In this document: one piece after another, positions 48,918-59,356 of the stretch | Layout: the number at the start of each line of letters is the position of its first letter | How positions within the stretch are numbered: position 1 is the stretch's first letter | From: an uncultured Rhodospirillaceae bacterium | GTDB lineage: Bacteria; Pseudomonadota; Alphaproteobacteria; Rhodospirillales; UBA2165 | Direction: 5' to 3' | Assembly: GCA_964611435.1 (NCBI GenBank) | Contig: CAZSXT010000010.1 | Coordinates: 26,336-90,335 of the forward strand | Length of the DNA stretch: 64,000 bases | Program-made: the position numbers and the translations under genes | Notes under the pieces: generated by a model | What the model was told of the DNA's origin: nothing | What the model saw: the letters and a program-made list of their open reading frames with translations, nothing else | The model's database searches: none

Positions 48918-50834
48918 GTGTCCCAAAAAGGGAGAAAGACAAACGTGGACGGAACCGCCGCCGCCGCACCGATTGACCCGAAGAAATCCGCCGACACCAG
49001 CCATATCCAAACCGGCATGGACTACAAAGTGCCGAGCCTGGATGGCGACTATGGCCGGGGCGCCCGGGCATTGCGCCGGATCATTCGTATGGCGCTGGAT
49101 TATCCTGTCAGGTTTCCCGTGGCGATCATTTCGGTGATTGTTGCAGGATTTTTGCAACTCTACATTCCGATATTCCTGGGCGACGCGGTGGACAACGCGA
49201 CCGGCCTGCTGGGCGGTTCCAACGTGAGCGAGGGGGAATCGCAGGACGCTCTGAAATGGGCGGCGCTGTTGCTGGTCTCCACGGCGGTGGGCCGCGGCGT
49301 CTTTACCATGCTGCACAATTACCTAGGTGAATCCATCGGCCAGACCATCGGCTACAGGCTGCGGCTCGCCTATTTCGAGAAACTGCAACGCCTCAGTTTC
49401 AGCTACCACGACGAGGTCCATTCCGGCGATCTAATGACCCGGGGTATGCTGGATATCGAAGGGGTTCGCCGTTTTATTGAAACTGGGATTTTGCGCATTA
49501 TCTTGATGATCGTGCTGGTCGGTGCTGGCGCCTATCTCTACATGGGATCAAACCCGTTGCTTGGGCTCCTGAGCCTGAGTTTTGTGCCTTTCGCCCTGTG
49601 GCGGGCGGTTGTGTTCCGGCTCCGGGTGCGGGATTTGTGGCGGCAGGTGCAGGAACGCCTCTCCACGCTGACGCGGATCATGGAGGAGAATCTGGGCGGC
49701 ATCCGGGTGGTGCGCTCCTTCGCCGCCCAGGCTTTCGAGATCGCCAAGTATGACGTGACCTCCAAGGCCGCCTTGGAATTGGCTCAGAAACGGGTCGGTG
49801 TGCGCTACACCAACACGTCCCTGATGACATTTTCTTTCTTCATCGCCATGGGCCTCGTGCTCTGGGTCGGCGGCGGCATGGTGATCGAGAAAGCGATCAC
49901 CGTCGGCGAGCTCACCCAGTTTCTGGCCTTCATGACCATTCTGCAGATGCCGATCAGACAGACGGGCATGGTGATCAACGGCATTGCCCGGGCGTCGGTC
50001 TCGGGCGTGCGGCTGTTTGACATTCTGGATATGGAACCGGTCGTGGCCGATAAGCCGGAGGCAAAACCGTTGGAGGTATCCGACGGTGTGCTGCGTTTCG
50101 ACAATGTCGCCTTTGCCTATGACCAGACTGCGGGTGCGCCGGCGGTCAAAGAGATCACCTTCGAAGTGCGGCCCGGCAAGACATTGGGCATCGTCGGTCC
50201 GCCCGGCAGCGGAAAATCCACCATCGCGCATCTTATTCCGCGCTACTACGATGTCACGGACGGCAGCGTCACCGTAGACGGGCAGGATGTGCGTGACGTG
50301 ACCCTGGAAAGCCTGCGCCAGACGGTCGGCGTGGTACAGCAGGACACATTCCTTTTCACCACCGAAATTTTTCACAATGTGGCCTATGGCGAACCGGATG
50401 CCGGTTTTGACCGGGTGTCCGGCGCGACCGAGTCTGCGCAACTTCATGACTATATTGAGACCCTACCGGAAGCCTACGACACGATGGTCGGCGAGCGTGG
50501 TGTATCGCTGTCCGGGGGGCAGCGCCAGCGCATGTCGATTGCTCGAAGTGTGATGCTGACGCCGAAGATTATGGTGTTTGATGATTCCACCGCCGCCATC
50601 GACGCCGGGACGGAACAGCAGATCCGCATGGCGCTCCGCGATATTACCAAAGACCGGGCGACGGTTATCATTTCCCATCGGCTAAGTTCCCTCATGCACG
50701 CCGATGAGATTCTTTTCCTGGACGCCGGGCGCATTGTCGAGCGGGGAACCCATCAAGCGCTTTTGACCTTGGGCGGCCGCTACAAGGCGCTTTACGATCT
50801 CCAACTCGGAGAGAGAGAGGCTTCCGATGGGTGA
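48918..50834 (+). CDS. ABC exporter, fused permease/ATPase (first half of a heterodimer); start uncertain (GTG 48918, GTG 48945 after aagggaga, or ATG 49017)
   Basis: Six-TM domain; Walker A GPPGSGKST, signature LSGGQRQR, Walker B IMVFDDSTAAID. Confidence 0.9.
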   Translation: MSQKGRKTNVDGTAAAAPIDPKKSADTSHIQTGMDYKVPSLDGDYGRGARALRRIIRMALDYPVRFPVAIISVIVAGFLQLYIPIFLGDAVDNATGLLGGSNVSEGESQDALKWAALLLVSTAVGRGVFTMLHNYLGESIGQTIGYRLRLAYFEKLQRLSFSYHDEVHSGDLMTRGMLDIEGVRRFIETGILRIILMIVLVGAGAYLYMGSNPLLGLLSLSFVPFALWRAVVFRLRVRDLWRQVQERLSTLTRIMEENLGGIRVVRSFAAQAFEIAKYDVTSKAALELAQKRVGVRYTNTSLMTFSFFIAMGLVLWVGGGMVIEKAITVGELTQFLAFMTILQMPIRQTGMVINGIARASVSGVRLFDILDMEPVVADKPEAKPLEVSDGVLRFDNVAFAYDQTAGAPAVKEITFEVRPGKTLGIVGPPGSGKSTIAHLIPRYYDVTDGSVTVDGQDVRDVTLESLRQTVGVVQQDTFLFTTEIFHNVAYGEPDAGFDRVSGATESAQLHDYIETLPEAYDTMVGERGVSLSGGQRQRMSIARSVMLTPKIMVFDDSTAAIDAGTEQQIRMALRDITKDRATVIISHRLSSLMHADEILFLDAGRIVERGTHQALLTLGGRYKALYDLQLGEREASDG

Positions 50835-52698
50835 TTCCGGCCGGGCCATGACCGGAGCGGGCGGCATCACCGCCACCTCCAAAGGCGAAGAGATGTTCGG
50901 CTCCGCGTTCGATGGTCGCGTGATCAGCCGCTTTATGCAGTTCGTGAAGCCTTACCGGATGACCATCATCATTTCGTTGATCGCCGTGCTGATTTTTACC
51001 CTGACCCAGATCGCCATTCCTCTGATTATCCGGGAGGCCATTGATAAAGCGATCATCGATGTCTCAGACGGCGGGCGGAAACTGCAGATCATCGTCGCGA
51101 TCTTCTTCGCCGTGATTGTCATCAACTATGTCTCCAACCACTTTCAGCTCAATCTGGTGGCGAAGCTGGCGGAACGCATTCTGACTGATTTGCGGCGCGC
51201 CATGTTTGTGCATCTACAGCGGGTTTCTCTCTCGTTCATGGACCGGACCGAGGTCGGGCGGCTGATGTCCCGGCTGCAGGGTGACGTAAGCTCCATCCAG
51301 GAATTTTTGGAAACCTCCATCTTCGCCATCGGCGATATTGTCCTGCTGATCGGCATTGTCACTGTGCTTCTGTGGCTGGACTGGCAGTTGGGTCTCTTGA
51401 CCCTGTCGGTGGTGCCGATCCTGCTGGTAATCCGCATCTTCTGGCTACCGGTGGCTAAGCGGGCCTTTATGCGGGCGCGGGAAACATCCTCCATCGTGAA
51501 CGGCGCGCTGGCGGAAAACATCAATGGGGTGCGGACCGTGCAGGGCCTGACCCGTCAGGTGTTTAACTTCGCCGCCTTCCGGGTGAAGGCGGAAGAAAAT
51601 TACCGCGCACAACTACGTTCCACCCAGCTTGCCCAGATCATGGTGCCGACGGTGGACAGTCTCACCGGCGGGGCCATGGCGATTGTGATTGTTGTCGGCG
51701 GCAACATGGTGCTCCGCGATACTCTCGACTTGGGGGTCATGGTCGCGTTTCTATTCTATGTGCAGCGGTTCTTTGATCCGATCCGTTCCATCACCATGCA
51801 GTACAGCATCATGCAGCGGGCGATGGCGTCCGGGCATCGCATCTTCGAGGTGCTGGATGTGCCGGTCGAGGTCGAGGACAAGCCGGACGCCATTGATCTG
51901 CCCGGCGATATCGACGGGTCGGTGGAATTCAGGAATGTGACCTTCGGCTATGTGAAGGACCAACCGGTCCTGAAGAACATCAATTTCAAGATCGAGCCGG
52001 GTCAGACCATCGCGCTGGTCGGGCCGACGGGCTCCGGCAAGACCTCAACTACGGCGTTGCTGCACCGGTTTTATGATGTTTGGGACGGGCAGGTCTTGAT
52101 CTCCGGCCACGATATCCGGGACGTGACCCAGGACTCGCTCGGCCGGCAGGTCGCGATGGTGCTGCAGGAACCGTTTCTGTTCACCGGCACCGTGTTCGAG
52201 AATATCCGCTACCACAAAACGGAGGCGACACTGGACGACGTCATCGCCGCCGCCACGGCCGTGGGCGCCCATGAGTTCATTGAGAATTTGCCCCAGTGCT
52301 ATCACACGCTGTTGGGTCAGCGGGGCGGCAATCTGTCCATCGGGCAACGCCAATTAATCAGCTTCGCCCGCGCCATCATCGCCGACGCCAAGATCCTGGT
52401 GCTGGACGAGGCGACCGCAAATATCGACAGCTTCACCGAACGGGAGATTCAGCAGGCCCTCGCGATGACCCTGAGGGGCCGCACCGGCATCGTCATCGCT
52501 CACCGACTGGCCACCGTGCGGGACGCGGATAAAATATTTGTCCTGCAGAATGGCGAAATTATCGAGGCCGGAAATCACAATGAACTAATCGCCGCCAAGG
52601 GACTCTACCAACGGCTTTATACCATGAACTTCTCATCCTTTGATGATCTGCCGGATGAGGTGCTGGCAGACGCGGCGGCCTACACCCAGACGTCATAG
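50827..52698 (+). CDS. ABC exporter, fused permease/ATPase (second half of a heterodimer)
   Basis: Six-TM domain; Walker A GPTGSGKTS, signature-like LSIGQRQL, Walker B ILVLDEATANID; 8-nt overlap with the upstream ABC gene. Confidence 0.9.
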   Translation: MGDSGRAMTGAGGITATSKGEEMFGSAFDGRVISRFMQFVKPYRMTIIISLIAVLIFTLTQIAIPLIIREAIDKAIIDVSDGGRKLQIIVAIFFAVIVINYVSNHFQLNLVAKLAERILTDLRRAMFVHLQRVSLSFMDRTEVGRLMSRLQGDVSSIQEFLETSIFAIGDIVLLIGIVTVLLWLDWQLGLLTLSVVPILLVIRIFWLPVAKRAFMRARETSSIVNGALAENINGVRTVQGLTRQVFNFAAFRVKAEENYRAQLRSTQLAQIMVPTVDSLTGGAMAIVIVVGGNMVLRDTLDLGVMVAFLFYVQRFFDPIRSITMQYSIMQRAMASGHRIFEVLDVPVEVEDKPDAIDLPGDIDGSVEFRNVTFGYVKDQPVLKNINFKIEPGQTIALVGPTGSGKTSTTALLHRFYDVWDGQVLISGHDIRDVTQDSLGRQVAMVLQEPFLFTGTVFENIRYHKTEATLDDVIAAATAVGAHEFIENLPQCYHTLLGQRGGNLSIGQRQLISFARAIIADAKILVLDEATANIDSFTEREIQQALAMTLRGRTGIVIAHRLATVRDADKIFVLQNGEIIEAGNHNELIAAKGLYQRLYTMNFSSFDDLPDEVLADAAAYTQTS

Positions 52699-52724
52699 AA
52701 TTTCACCACTTTCTCCCTAAAAAT

Positions 52725-52849
52725 GCGTCACCCCCGAGTTGGACCCAATGCTAACTGGAGCCAAGTCTCGGGGGACCAAAAGCATCGTTGGCCGAGGTTC
52801 AAGCGTGAAATGGACCCCCGACAACCGCTCTGCGGGTCGGGGGCGACGC
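52725..52849. repeat. Interspersed double-hairpin repeat, divergent copy C (125 bp)
   Basis: Termini gcgtcacccccgag / gtcgggggcgacgc (12/14 inverted); hairpin 1 cccccgag (52731-52738) / ctcggggg (52767-52774); hairpin 2 cccccgac (52815-52822) / gtcggggg (52836-52843); the atggaccc motif and loop aaccgctctgcgg parallel copy A. Confidence 0.65.
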
Positions 52850-52913
52850 AGAGAGGATGGCGGGAAGGTGGCTCGACGGGCATGACGGAGCTACATCCAA
52901 TATTGAATGTCCT

Positions 52914-53354
52914 CTACTGCGTCACCGTCCTCAACACAAAATACGACTCAATCCGCGTCACCCCCGGCAGCTTGGACAGCTGTTCCCGGTGGACCCGCTC
53001 ATAGTCGGAAATATCCGCCGCGCCGACCCGCAGCATGTAGTCGTCCCGGCCCGAGATCATGTCGCAGCCTAGAATGTTCGGGCTCTGCTTCACCGCATCC
53101 TCGAACCCGGCCAGAGCCTCGTCGTCATGATGTTGAAGGCCGATATGAACCAGTACGGTCAGGCCGACGCCCAGCGCATTGGGGTCGGCCAAGGCCCGGT
53201 AGCCGGTGATGACACCGGATCGTTCCAGTGCCCGCACCCGCCGCAGGCAGGCTGACGGCGACAGGCCGACGTGATCCGCCAGGGCCGCATTGGAAATCCG
53301 CGCGTCGTTCTGCAGCGAGGCGATGATCTTCCGGTCAATCGTATCCAGGTCCAT
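52914..53354 (-). CDS. Lrp/AsnC family transcriptional regulator
   Basis: MDLDTIDRKIIASLQNDARISNAALADHVGLSPSACLRRVRALE HTH plus a C-terminal RAM/AsnC_trans_reg domain. Confidence 0.92.
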   Translation of the reverse strand: MDLDTIDRKIIASLQNDARISNAALADHVGLSPSACLRRVRALERSGVITGYRALADPNALGVGLTVLVHIGLQHHDDEALAGFEDAVKQSPNILGCDMISGRDDYMLRVGAADISDYERVHREQLSKLPGVTRIESYFVLRTVTQ

Positions 53355-53357
53355 AAA

Positions 53358-53402
53358 CGCAATAATATGCTAGATAGTATTATTTTTTCAAATAATATTG
53401 CG
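53358..53402. promoter_or_regulatory. AT-rich inverted repeat in the lrp-metH divergent region (candidate Lrp-type operator)
   Basis: cgcaataatat (53358-53368) and ataatattgcg (53392-53402) match 10/11 as an inverted repeat. Confidence 0.3.
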
Positions 53403-53467
53403 CAAAATTCCGCATCATGCGCGTTATTTCGTCGGATATTTCAGGCGGATGGGTCTAGGATTGCGCC

Positions 53468-56400
53468 ATGAACGATATCGACAATATTTCCCGGCCCGGC
53501 CCGGCCGCCTCTCCCCGGCGGCGGCGCGGCGGCGCCATGGAGGATGCCCACGAACAGCTTCGTGCGGCCATGGACCAGCGCATCCTGATTCTGGACGGCG
53601 GGATCGGCACCCGTATCCAGGGGCTGGAGCTCAACGAGGATGCCTATCTGGGTGGGGCGGCGATGGTGCGTGCGCGGGCGACCCACGGCAATCACGATGT
53701 CCTCAATCTGACCAAGCCCGATGAAATTCGGCGCATCCATGACGCCTATCTGGCGGCCGGCGCGGACTTTGTCTCTACCAATACCTTTAACGCCAACCGG
53801 ATTTCCCAGGCCGACTACGACATGGAGCACGAGGTCTACGAGATCAACCGGGCCGGCGCACGCATTGCCCGGGCCTCGGCCAACTCGGCCCAGGGAACCG
53901 ATCCGAACCGGAAAGTCTTTGTCGCCGGTGTGATGGGACCGACCAACCGCACTGCCTCCATCTCCGGCGACGTGAACGATCCCGGTCACCGGTCGGTGTC
54001 GTTCGACGAGCTGGTGGATGTCTACAAGGAGGCGGCGGAAGGACTGTTGGACGGCGGGGCGGACGTGCTGATGGTGGAAACCGTGTTCGACACGTTAAAC
54101 GCCAAGGCGGCGCTGTTTGGCATTCATGAGTTGTTCGAGGAGTTTGGATTTGACGTGCCTATTATGATCTCCGGCACCATTACCGATGCCTCGGGTCGCA
54201 CGCTCTCCGGCCAGACGCCAAGCGCGTTCTGGACGTCGCTCCGCCATGCCAAGCCGCTCATTGCCGGGCTCAACTGTGCGCTAGGCGCGAAACAACTGCG
54301 ACCCCATCTACAGGAGTTTTCCCGCGCCTGTGAAACCTATGTCAGCGTACATCCCAATGCGGGCTTGCCCGATGAGTTCGGCCTCTACACCGAAGGCCCG
54401 GAAGAGATGGCCGGCCGCATCCGGGAGTTTGCCCAGAACGGTCTGGTGAATATTGTCGGCGGCTGCTGCGGCACCACCCCGGATCACGTGGCGGCGTTGG
54501 CCGAGGCTGTCAAAGACCTGCCCCCCCGGCCATTGCCGGATGAGGAGCCGCGCACCCGGCTTAGCGGGCTGGAACAGTTCGAGTTCAACGACGTGACCGG
54601 TTTCGTCAATGTGGGCGAACGGACCAATGTCGCCGGTTCCGCCAAGTTCAAACGTCTCGTGGTCGAGGGCGCATACGAAGAAGCTATTCAAGTGGCCCGC
54701 CAGCAGATAGAGAACGGGGCGCAAGTCATCGATGTGAACATGGACGAGGCGTTGTTGGACGGCGTGGAGGCCATGGACCGGTTCCTCAAATTGGCGGCGT
54801 CAGAGCCCGATATCGCCCGGGTGCCGGTGATGATCGATTCCTCCGATTGGAACGTGATCGAAGCCGGGCTGAAGTGCATCCAGGGCAAGGGGATCATCAA
54901 TTCCATCAGCCTCAAGGAGGGCGAGGCGGCGTTTTTGCACAATGCCGGCCGGGCGCAACGGTTCGGCGCGGCGGTGATCGTCATGGCCTTCGATGAAAAA
55001 GGTCAGGCGGATAGCTACGACCGCATGATCGAGATTTGCCGGCGGTCTTATAAGCTGTTGAAGGAACACCTCGGCTTTCCACCGGAAGATATCATCTTTG
55101 ATGCCAACATTTTCCCAGTCGCCACGGGCATTGCCGAGCACAACAATTTCGCCAAAGACTTCATCGCCGCCGTCGCCGAGATCAAGAAGTTCTGTCCGGG
55201 CGCGCTGACCAGTGGCGGGGTGAGCAATGTGTCGTTTTCCTTCCGGGGCAACAACCCGATGCGGGAAGCCATGCACTCGGTGTTTCTGTATCACGCTATC
55301 GAGGCGGGACTCGACATGGGCATCGTGAACGCCGGCCAGCTTACGGTCTATGGGGATTTGGAAACCGACGTGCGCGACCGCATCGAGGATGTGATTTTTA
55401 ACCGGCGCGACGACGCTACCGAACGGCTTCTGGAAATCGCTGCCGGCATGACCGGTACGGCGAAAGATGCCGGACCCGACCTGTCGTGGCGGGAAGGCCC
55501 GGTCGCCGACCGGCTGGCCCATGCGTTGGTGCATGGGATCAGCGACTATGTGGTCGAGGATACGGAAGAGGCGCGCCAGGCCGCCGACCGGCCCATCGAG
55601 GTGATTGAGGGCCCGCTAATGGCCGGCATGAATATCGTCGGCGAGCTGTTCGGCTCCGGCCAAATGTTCCTGCCCCAGGTCGTGAAGAGCGCCCGGGTGA
55701 TGAAACAGGCCGTGGCCCATCTGACGCCCTTCATCGAGGCGGAGAAAAACGAGACCGCCACCGGCAATGCGGGCAAGGTGCTGTTGGCCACGGTGAAGGG
55801 CGATGTCCACGATATCGGCAAGAACATCGTCGGCGTGATCCTGCAGTGCAACAATTATGAGGTGATCGACTTGGGCGTCATGGTGACGTCGGAGGTGATC
55901 ATTGAGTCTGCCAAGATGGAAGACGTAGATATGATCGGCCTGTCCGGTCTGATCACGCCATCGCTTATGGAAATGACGCGCGTGGCCGACGAGATGGCCC
56001 GAGCCGGACTTACGATGCCGCTGCTGATTGGCGGGGCGACCACGTCAAAGGTGCACACCGCCGTCCGCATCGCACCCGCCTATCAGGCCGGCCCGACGGT
56101 CTATGTGCCGGATGCGTCCCGCGCCGTCGACGTGGTCGGTCAATTAATCAGCGAAGAGCGCCGGGACACGTACGCCGCCGATGTGGCGGCGGACTATGAA
56201 ACCATCCGCATCGAGCGGGAGGGCCGTGAAGACGACAAACGCCTGTACACGATCGCCGAGGCGCGGAACCGCCGGTTAATGCCCGACTGGAACCAAATCC
56301 GCCCGGCGGCGCCCGAAACCCTCGGCGTTGAGGCGTTTCGTGATTACGACCTTGCCGATCTGCCGGCGCGGATCGACTGGACGCCGTTCTTCCGGAGTTG

Positions 56401-57229
56401 GGAGCTGGCCGGCAACTATCCTGCCATCCTGGAAGACGGGAAAGTGGGCCAGGCGGCCCGCGAACTGTTCGACGATGCGCGCGAGATGCTGGCGCAAATC
56501 GTCAAGGAGACCTGGCTGGAAGCCCGCGCCGTGATCGGTTTTTTTCCGGCGAATTCGGTGGGCGATGATATCGAGGTCTATACGGACGAAAACCGGGACA
56601 ATGTGCGCATGACCTTTAACTTCCTGCGCCAGCAGATGATGAAAAGCGAGCAGCGCGCAAACCTATGCCTCGCCGATTTCGTTGCGCCGAAGGATACGGG
56701 CATCGCGGATTACATCGGCGCGTTCGCGGTGACCACGGGTCATGGCGTAGAGGAACGGGCCAAAGCGTACAAGGATGCCGGCGACGATTATCGGGAGATC
56801 ATGTTGAAGGCGCTGGCCGACCGGCTGGCCGAGGCCTTGGCCGAGCACATGCATGAACGGGTGCGCCGGGAGTTTTGGGGTTATGCCACCGACGAACAGC
56901 TTGATAATCAGGAACTCATCAAGGAACAGTATCAGGGCATCCGCCCGGCGCCCGGATATCCGGCCTGTCCGGACCATAGCGAGAAGACCAAACTGTTCGA
57001 ATTGTTGGACGCCCCTTGGAACGCCGGGGTCGAGCTTACGGAAAGCTTCGCCATGACGCCGGCGTCCTCGGTCAGCGGTTTCTACTTCGCTCACCCGTTC
57101 GCCGCTTATTTCGGCATCGGCCGGCTGGGCAAGGATCAGGTGGAAGACTATGCGGTCCGTAAGGGCGTCGATCCGGCGCAGGCCGAACGCTGGCTCGCGC
57201 CAAACTTGAATTATGCTCCTAGTTCCTGA
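53468..57229 (+). CDS. metH: Cobalamin-dependent methionine synthase
   Basis: Hcy domain [10 protein letters not shown] ... GGCCGTTP; pterin domain; B12-binding [11 protein letters not shown]; AdoMet reactivation domain; 1253 aa. Confidence 0.98.
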   Translation: MNDIDNISRPGPAASPRRRRGGAMEDAHEQLRAAMDQRILILDGGIGTRIQGLELNEDAYLGGAAMVRARATHGNHDVLNLTKPDEIRRIHDAYLAAGADFVSTNTFNANRISQADYDMEHEVYEINRAGARIARASANSAQGTDPNRKVFVAGVMGPTNRTASISGDVNDPGHRSVSFDELVDVYKEAAEGLLDGGADVLMVETVFDTLNAKAALFGIHELFEEFGFDVPIMISGTITDASGRTLSGQTPSAFWTSLRHAKPLIAGLNCALGAKQLRPHLQEFSRACETYVSVHPNAGLPDEFGLYTEGPEEMAGRIREFAQNGLVNIVGGCCGTTPDHVAALAEAVKDLPPRPLPDEEPRTRLSGLEQFEFNDVTGFVNVGERTNVAGSAKFKRLVVEGAYEEAIQVARQQIENGAQVIDVNMDEALLDGVEAMDRFLKLAASEPDIARVPVMIDSSDWNVIEAGLKCIQGKGIINSISLKEGEAAFLHNAGRAQRFGAAVIVMAFDEKGQADSYDRMIEICRRSYKLLKEHLGFPPEDIIFDANIFPVATGIAEHNNFAKDFIAAVAEIKKFCPGALTSGGVSNVSFSFRGNNPMREAMHSVFLYHAIEAGLDMGIVNAGQLTVYGDLETDVRDRIEDVIFNRRDDATERLLEIAAGMTGTAKDAGPDLSWREGPVADRLAHALVHGISDYVVEDTEEARQAADRPIEVIEGPLMAGMNIVGELFGSGQMFLPQVVKSARVMKQAVAHLTPFIEAEKNETATGNAGKVLLATVKGDVHDIGKNIVGVILQCNNYEVIDLGVMVTSEVIIESAKMEDVDMIGLSGLITPSLMEMTRVADEMARAGLTMPLLIGGATTSKVHTAVRIAPAYQAGPTVYVPDASRAVDVVGQLISEERRDTYAADVAADYETIRIEREGREDDKRLYTIAEARNRRLMPDWNQIRPAAPETLGVEAFRDYDLADLPARIDWTPFFRSWELAGNYPAILEDGKVGQAARELFDDAREMLAQIVKETWLEARAVIGFFPANSVGDDIEVYTDENRDNVRMTFNFLRQQMMKSEQRANLCLADFVAPKDTGIADYIGAFAVTTGHGVEERAKAYKDAGDDYREIMLKALADRLAEALAEHMHERVRREFWGYATDEQLDNQELIKEQYQGIRPAPGYPACPDHSEKTKLFELLDAPWNAGVELTESFAMTPASSVSGFYFAHPFAAYFGIGRLGKDQVEDYAVRKGVDPAQAERWLAPNLNYAPSS

Positions 57230-57391
57230 ATTACCCCATATAATCAATAGATTAACATAAATACATATCGATGTCGTAACGAATTCATGAGGTTGTTACA
57301 TCTCTATGTCATGCTGCAGGTGATGAAAAAGACCAGATTACCCAAAGGCCTCCCGCATAGGGCGGGGGCGGCAGAGCCAAGGAGTTGGACC

Positions 57392-57664
57392 ATGACGACG
57401 TTTCTTGTTTCCGATGAGAATAAAAACGGCTTTAAACTTGAAGAAATTCTGATTGCCGTGCGCAAGGACATCATCCGCCGGTGTGAAAAAGTGGCAGACG
57501 ATCACCGGCCGGAAGCGCTTCACGTGTTGGACAACAACACCAAAATTTTAAGCCTTCTTAGCGATGCCATTGGTCTTGCGGTTAATTCGACCAACACCCT
57601 TGATAAGGCCTTCGGACCCAGCGTATCGGCCAAGGGTGGTGAGCCCCGCATCGGCACCGCCTAA
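57392..57664 (+). CDS. Hypothetical 90-aa protein
   Basis: ATG 57392 preceded by a perfect aaggag 8 nt upstream; no family recognised; the ORF-track extension to 57287 lacks an SD. Confidence 0.5.
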   Translation: MTTFLVSDENKNGFKLEEILIAVRKDIIRRCEKVADDHRPEALHVLDNNTKILSLLSDAIGLAVNSTNTLDKAFGPSVSAKGGEPRIGTA

Positions 57665-57733
57665 ACCCGGCGTCTAAATTCCACGTGCTATGGGCCCGAT
57701 GATCAAGGGGAACACAGGCATGGATGTATCGTG

Positions 57734-59344
57734 TTACGCCCCCAGGATATAATCCGCGCCTTTTTCCGCGATCATGATCACCGGCGCATTGATGTTACCG
57801 CCGATCAGGTCGGGCATGACCGACGCGTCGATCACCCGCAAATTCTGACAGCCGCGGACACGTAACTGCGGATCGACCACGGAATTGTCGTCGATGCCCA
57901 TGCGGCAGGTGCCGATCGGGTGGAACACGGTGATCGAGGTCTGGCGGATATAGGCGTCGATCTCGTCATCGGTCTGAACATTTTCGCCGGGCATAAGCTC
58001 GCCATCCAGGTGATCATCGTAAGACGCATGTTGGAGAAGCCGCCGTATCAACTTGAATCCATAGCGGATGGTCGCCCGGTCTGTCTCCGTCGAGAAAAAG
58101 TTATTGATAATTTTAGGCGGATCAAACGGATCGGCGGATCGCAGACTGACCGAGCCACGGCTTTCCGGGCGTAGGTGACACAACATCAGCCCGACGGCCG
58201 CCGGACCCGGTTTGCGGATCAGCGGGAACCACTCCCTTGAATGCATGGAAAATAACCTGAAGAAGAACTGAATGTCCGGCAGCTCCAATTCCTGGCGGCT
58301 TTTGACAAAGCCGGTGCCGTAACCGATGGGCCAGCTCTGCGGGCCGGATTTGAACAGGTGCGCACGCAACATGTTGAATACCAGCCGATCATAGCGGAGA
58401 TTGTCCTGGAACCAGGACCGGCTCTTACGTTTGTACTCGACAGAGACGCTGGGATGATCCTGCAGATTGCCGCCCACACCGGCCCGGTCAGCGACCACGT
58501 CGATGCCAAGCTCGCGCAATTGCTCCGCCGGGCCGACGCCGGACAACATCAGCGTCTGGGCTGAATTATAGGTGCCGCCCGACAGGATCACTTCTTTGCC
58601 GGCGTTCACGGTCACCGTGCGGCCGTCTTTCACATAGTCCACGCCGGTGGCTTTCGTGCCGTCGAAATTCACCTTCAGCACATGCGCATGGGTGATGGCG
58701 GTCAAGTTTGGCCGGGAGAGCGCCGGATGCAGGAACGCCACAGCGGCGCTTTGGCGGCGGCCCTCTGCCGTGGTGAACTGCATCTTGGCGACGCCTTCCT
58801 GCTCCGCGCCGTTAAAGTCGCCGTTATATTTGTAGCCTTCCGCCTCGCAGCTGGCGACCAAGCTGTCGAACGTATCGTCATGGACCGGCGCAATGGCCGT
58901 TTTTAAGGGACCGCTGTCGCCATGGAACTCGTTTTTCTCGGTGAGGTAATTCTCCGACTTTTTGAAATAGGGCAGAACCTTGTCGTAGTTCCAGTCGGTC
59001 AACCCCATCTGGCCCCATCGGTCGAAGTCACCCGAGTTGCAGCGCACATAAGCGGTCATGTTGATCGACGATGATCCGCCCAGAACCTTGCCGCGCGGGT
59101 GATAAAGCTGACGGCCGTCCATGTGGGGCTCCGGCTCCGACATATAGGACCAGTTGAAGCGCGGGTCCCGCCAAATTTTGGCGACGCCGGACGGAATATG
59201 GATCAGCCAGTTGTTGTCCGGCCCGCCGGCTTCCAGCACCAGAACCGAATTTTTCGGGTCCGCTGATAAGCGGTTGGCCAACACGCAGCCAGCCGAACCG
59301 GCGCCGACGATAATATAGTCATAGGTTTGATGAGTATCGGCCAT
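57734..59344 (-). CDS. GMC family FAD oxidoreductase (choline/alcohol dehydrogenase-like)
   Basis: YDYIIVGAGSAGCVLANRLS Rossmann motif; GGSSSINMTAY; C-terminal HPIGTCRMG. Confidence 0.92.
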   Translation of the reverse strand: MADTHQTYDYIIVGAGSAGCVLANRLSADPKNSVLVLEAGGPDNNWLIHIPSGVAKIWRDPRFNWSYMSEPEPHMDGRQLYHPRGKVLGGSSSINMTAYVRCNSGDFDRWGQMGLTDWNYDKVLPYFKKSENYLTEKNEFHGDSGPLKTAIAPVHDDTFDSLVASCEAEGYKYNGDFNGAEQEGVAKMQFTTAEGRRQSAAVAFLHPALSRPNLTAITHAHVLKVNFDGTKATGVDYVKDGRTVTVNAGKEVILSGGTYNSAQTLMLSGVGPAEQLRELGIDVVADRAGVGGNLQDHPSVSVEYKRKSRSWFQDNLRYDRLVFNMLRAHLFKSGPQSWPIGYGTGFVKSRQELELPDIQFFFRLFSMHSREWFPLIRKPGPAAVGLMLCHLRPESRGSVSLRSADPFDPPKIINNFFSTETDRATIRYGFKLIRRLLQHASYDDHLDGELMPGENVQTDDEIDAYIRQTSITVFHPIGTCRMGIDDNSVVDPQLRVRGCQNLRVIDASVMPDLIGGNINAPVIMIAEKGADYILGA

Positions 59345-59356
59345 GGCGCGTCTCCT

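Noticed and set aside
52723-53004. 93-aa ORF (MRHPRVGPNANW...) in the ABC / Lrp intergenic region
   Set aside because: It is made of the two hairpins of repeat copy C and then runs antisense into the Lrp-family gene. It has no SD.
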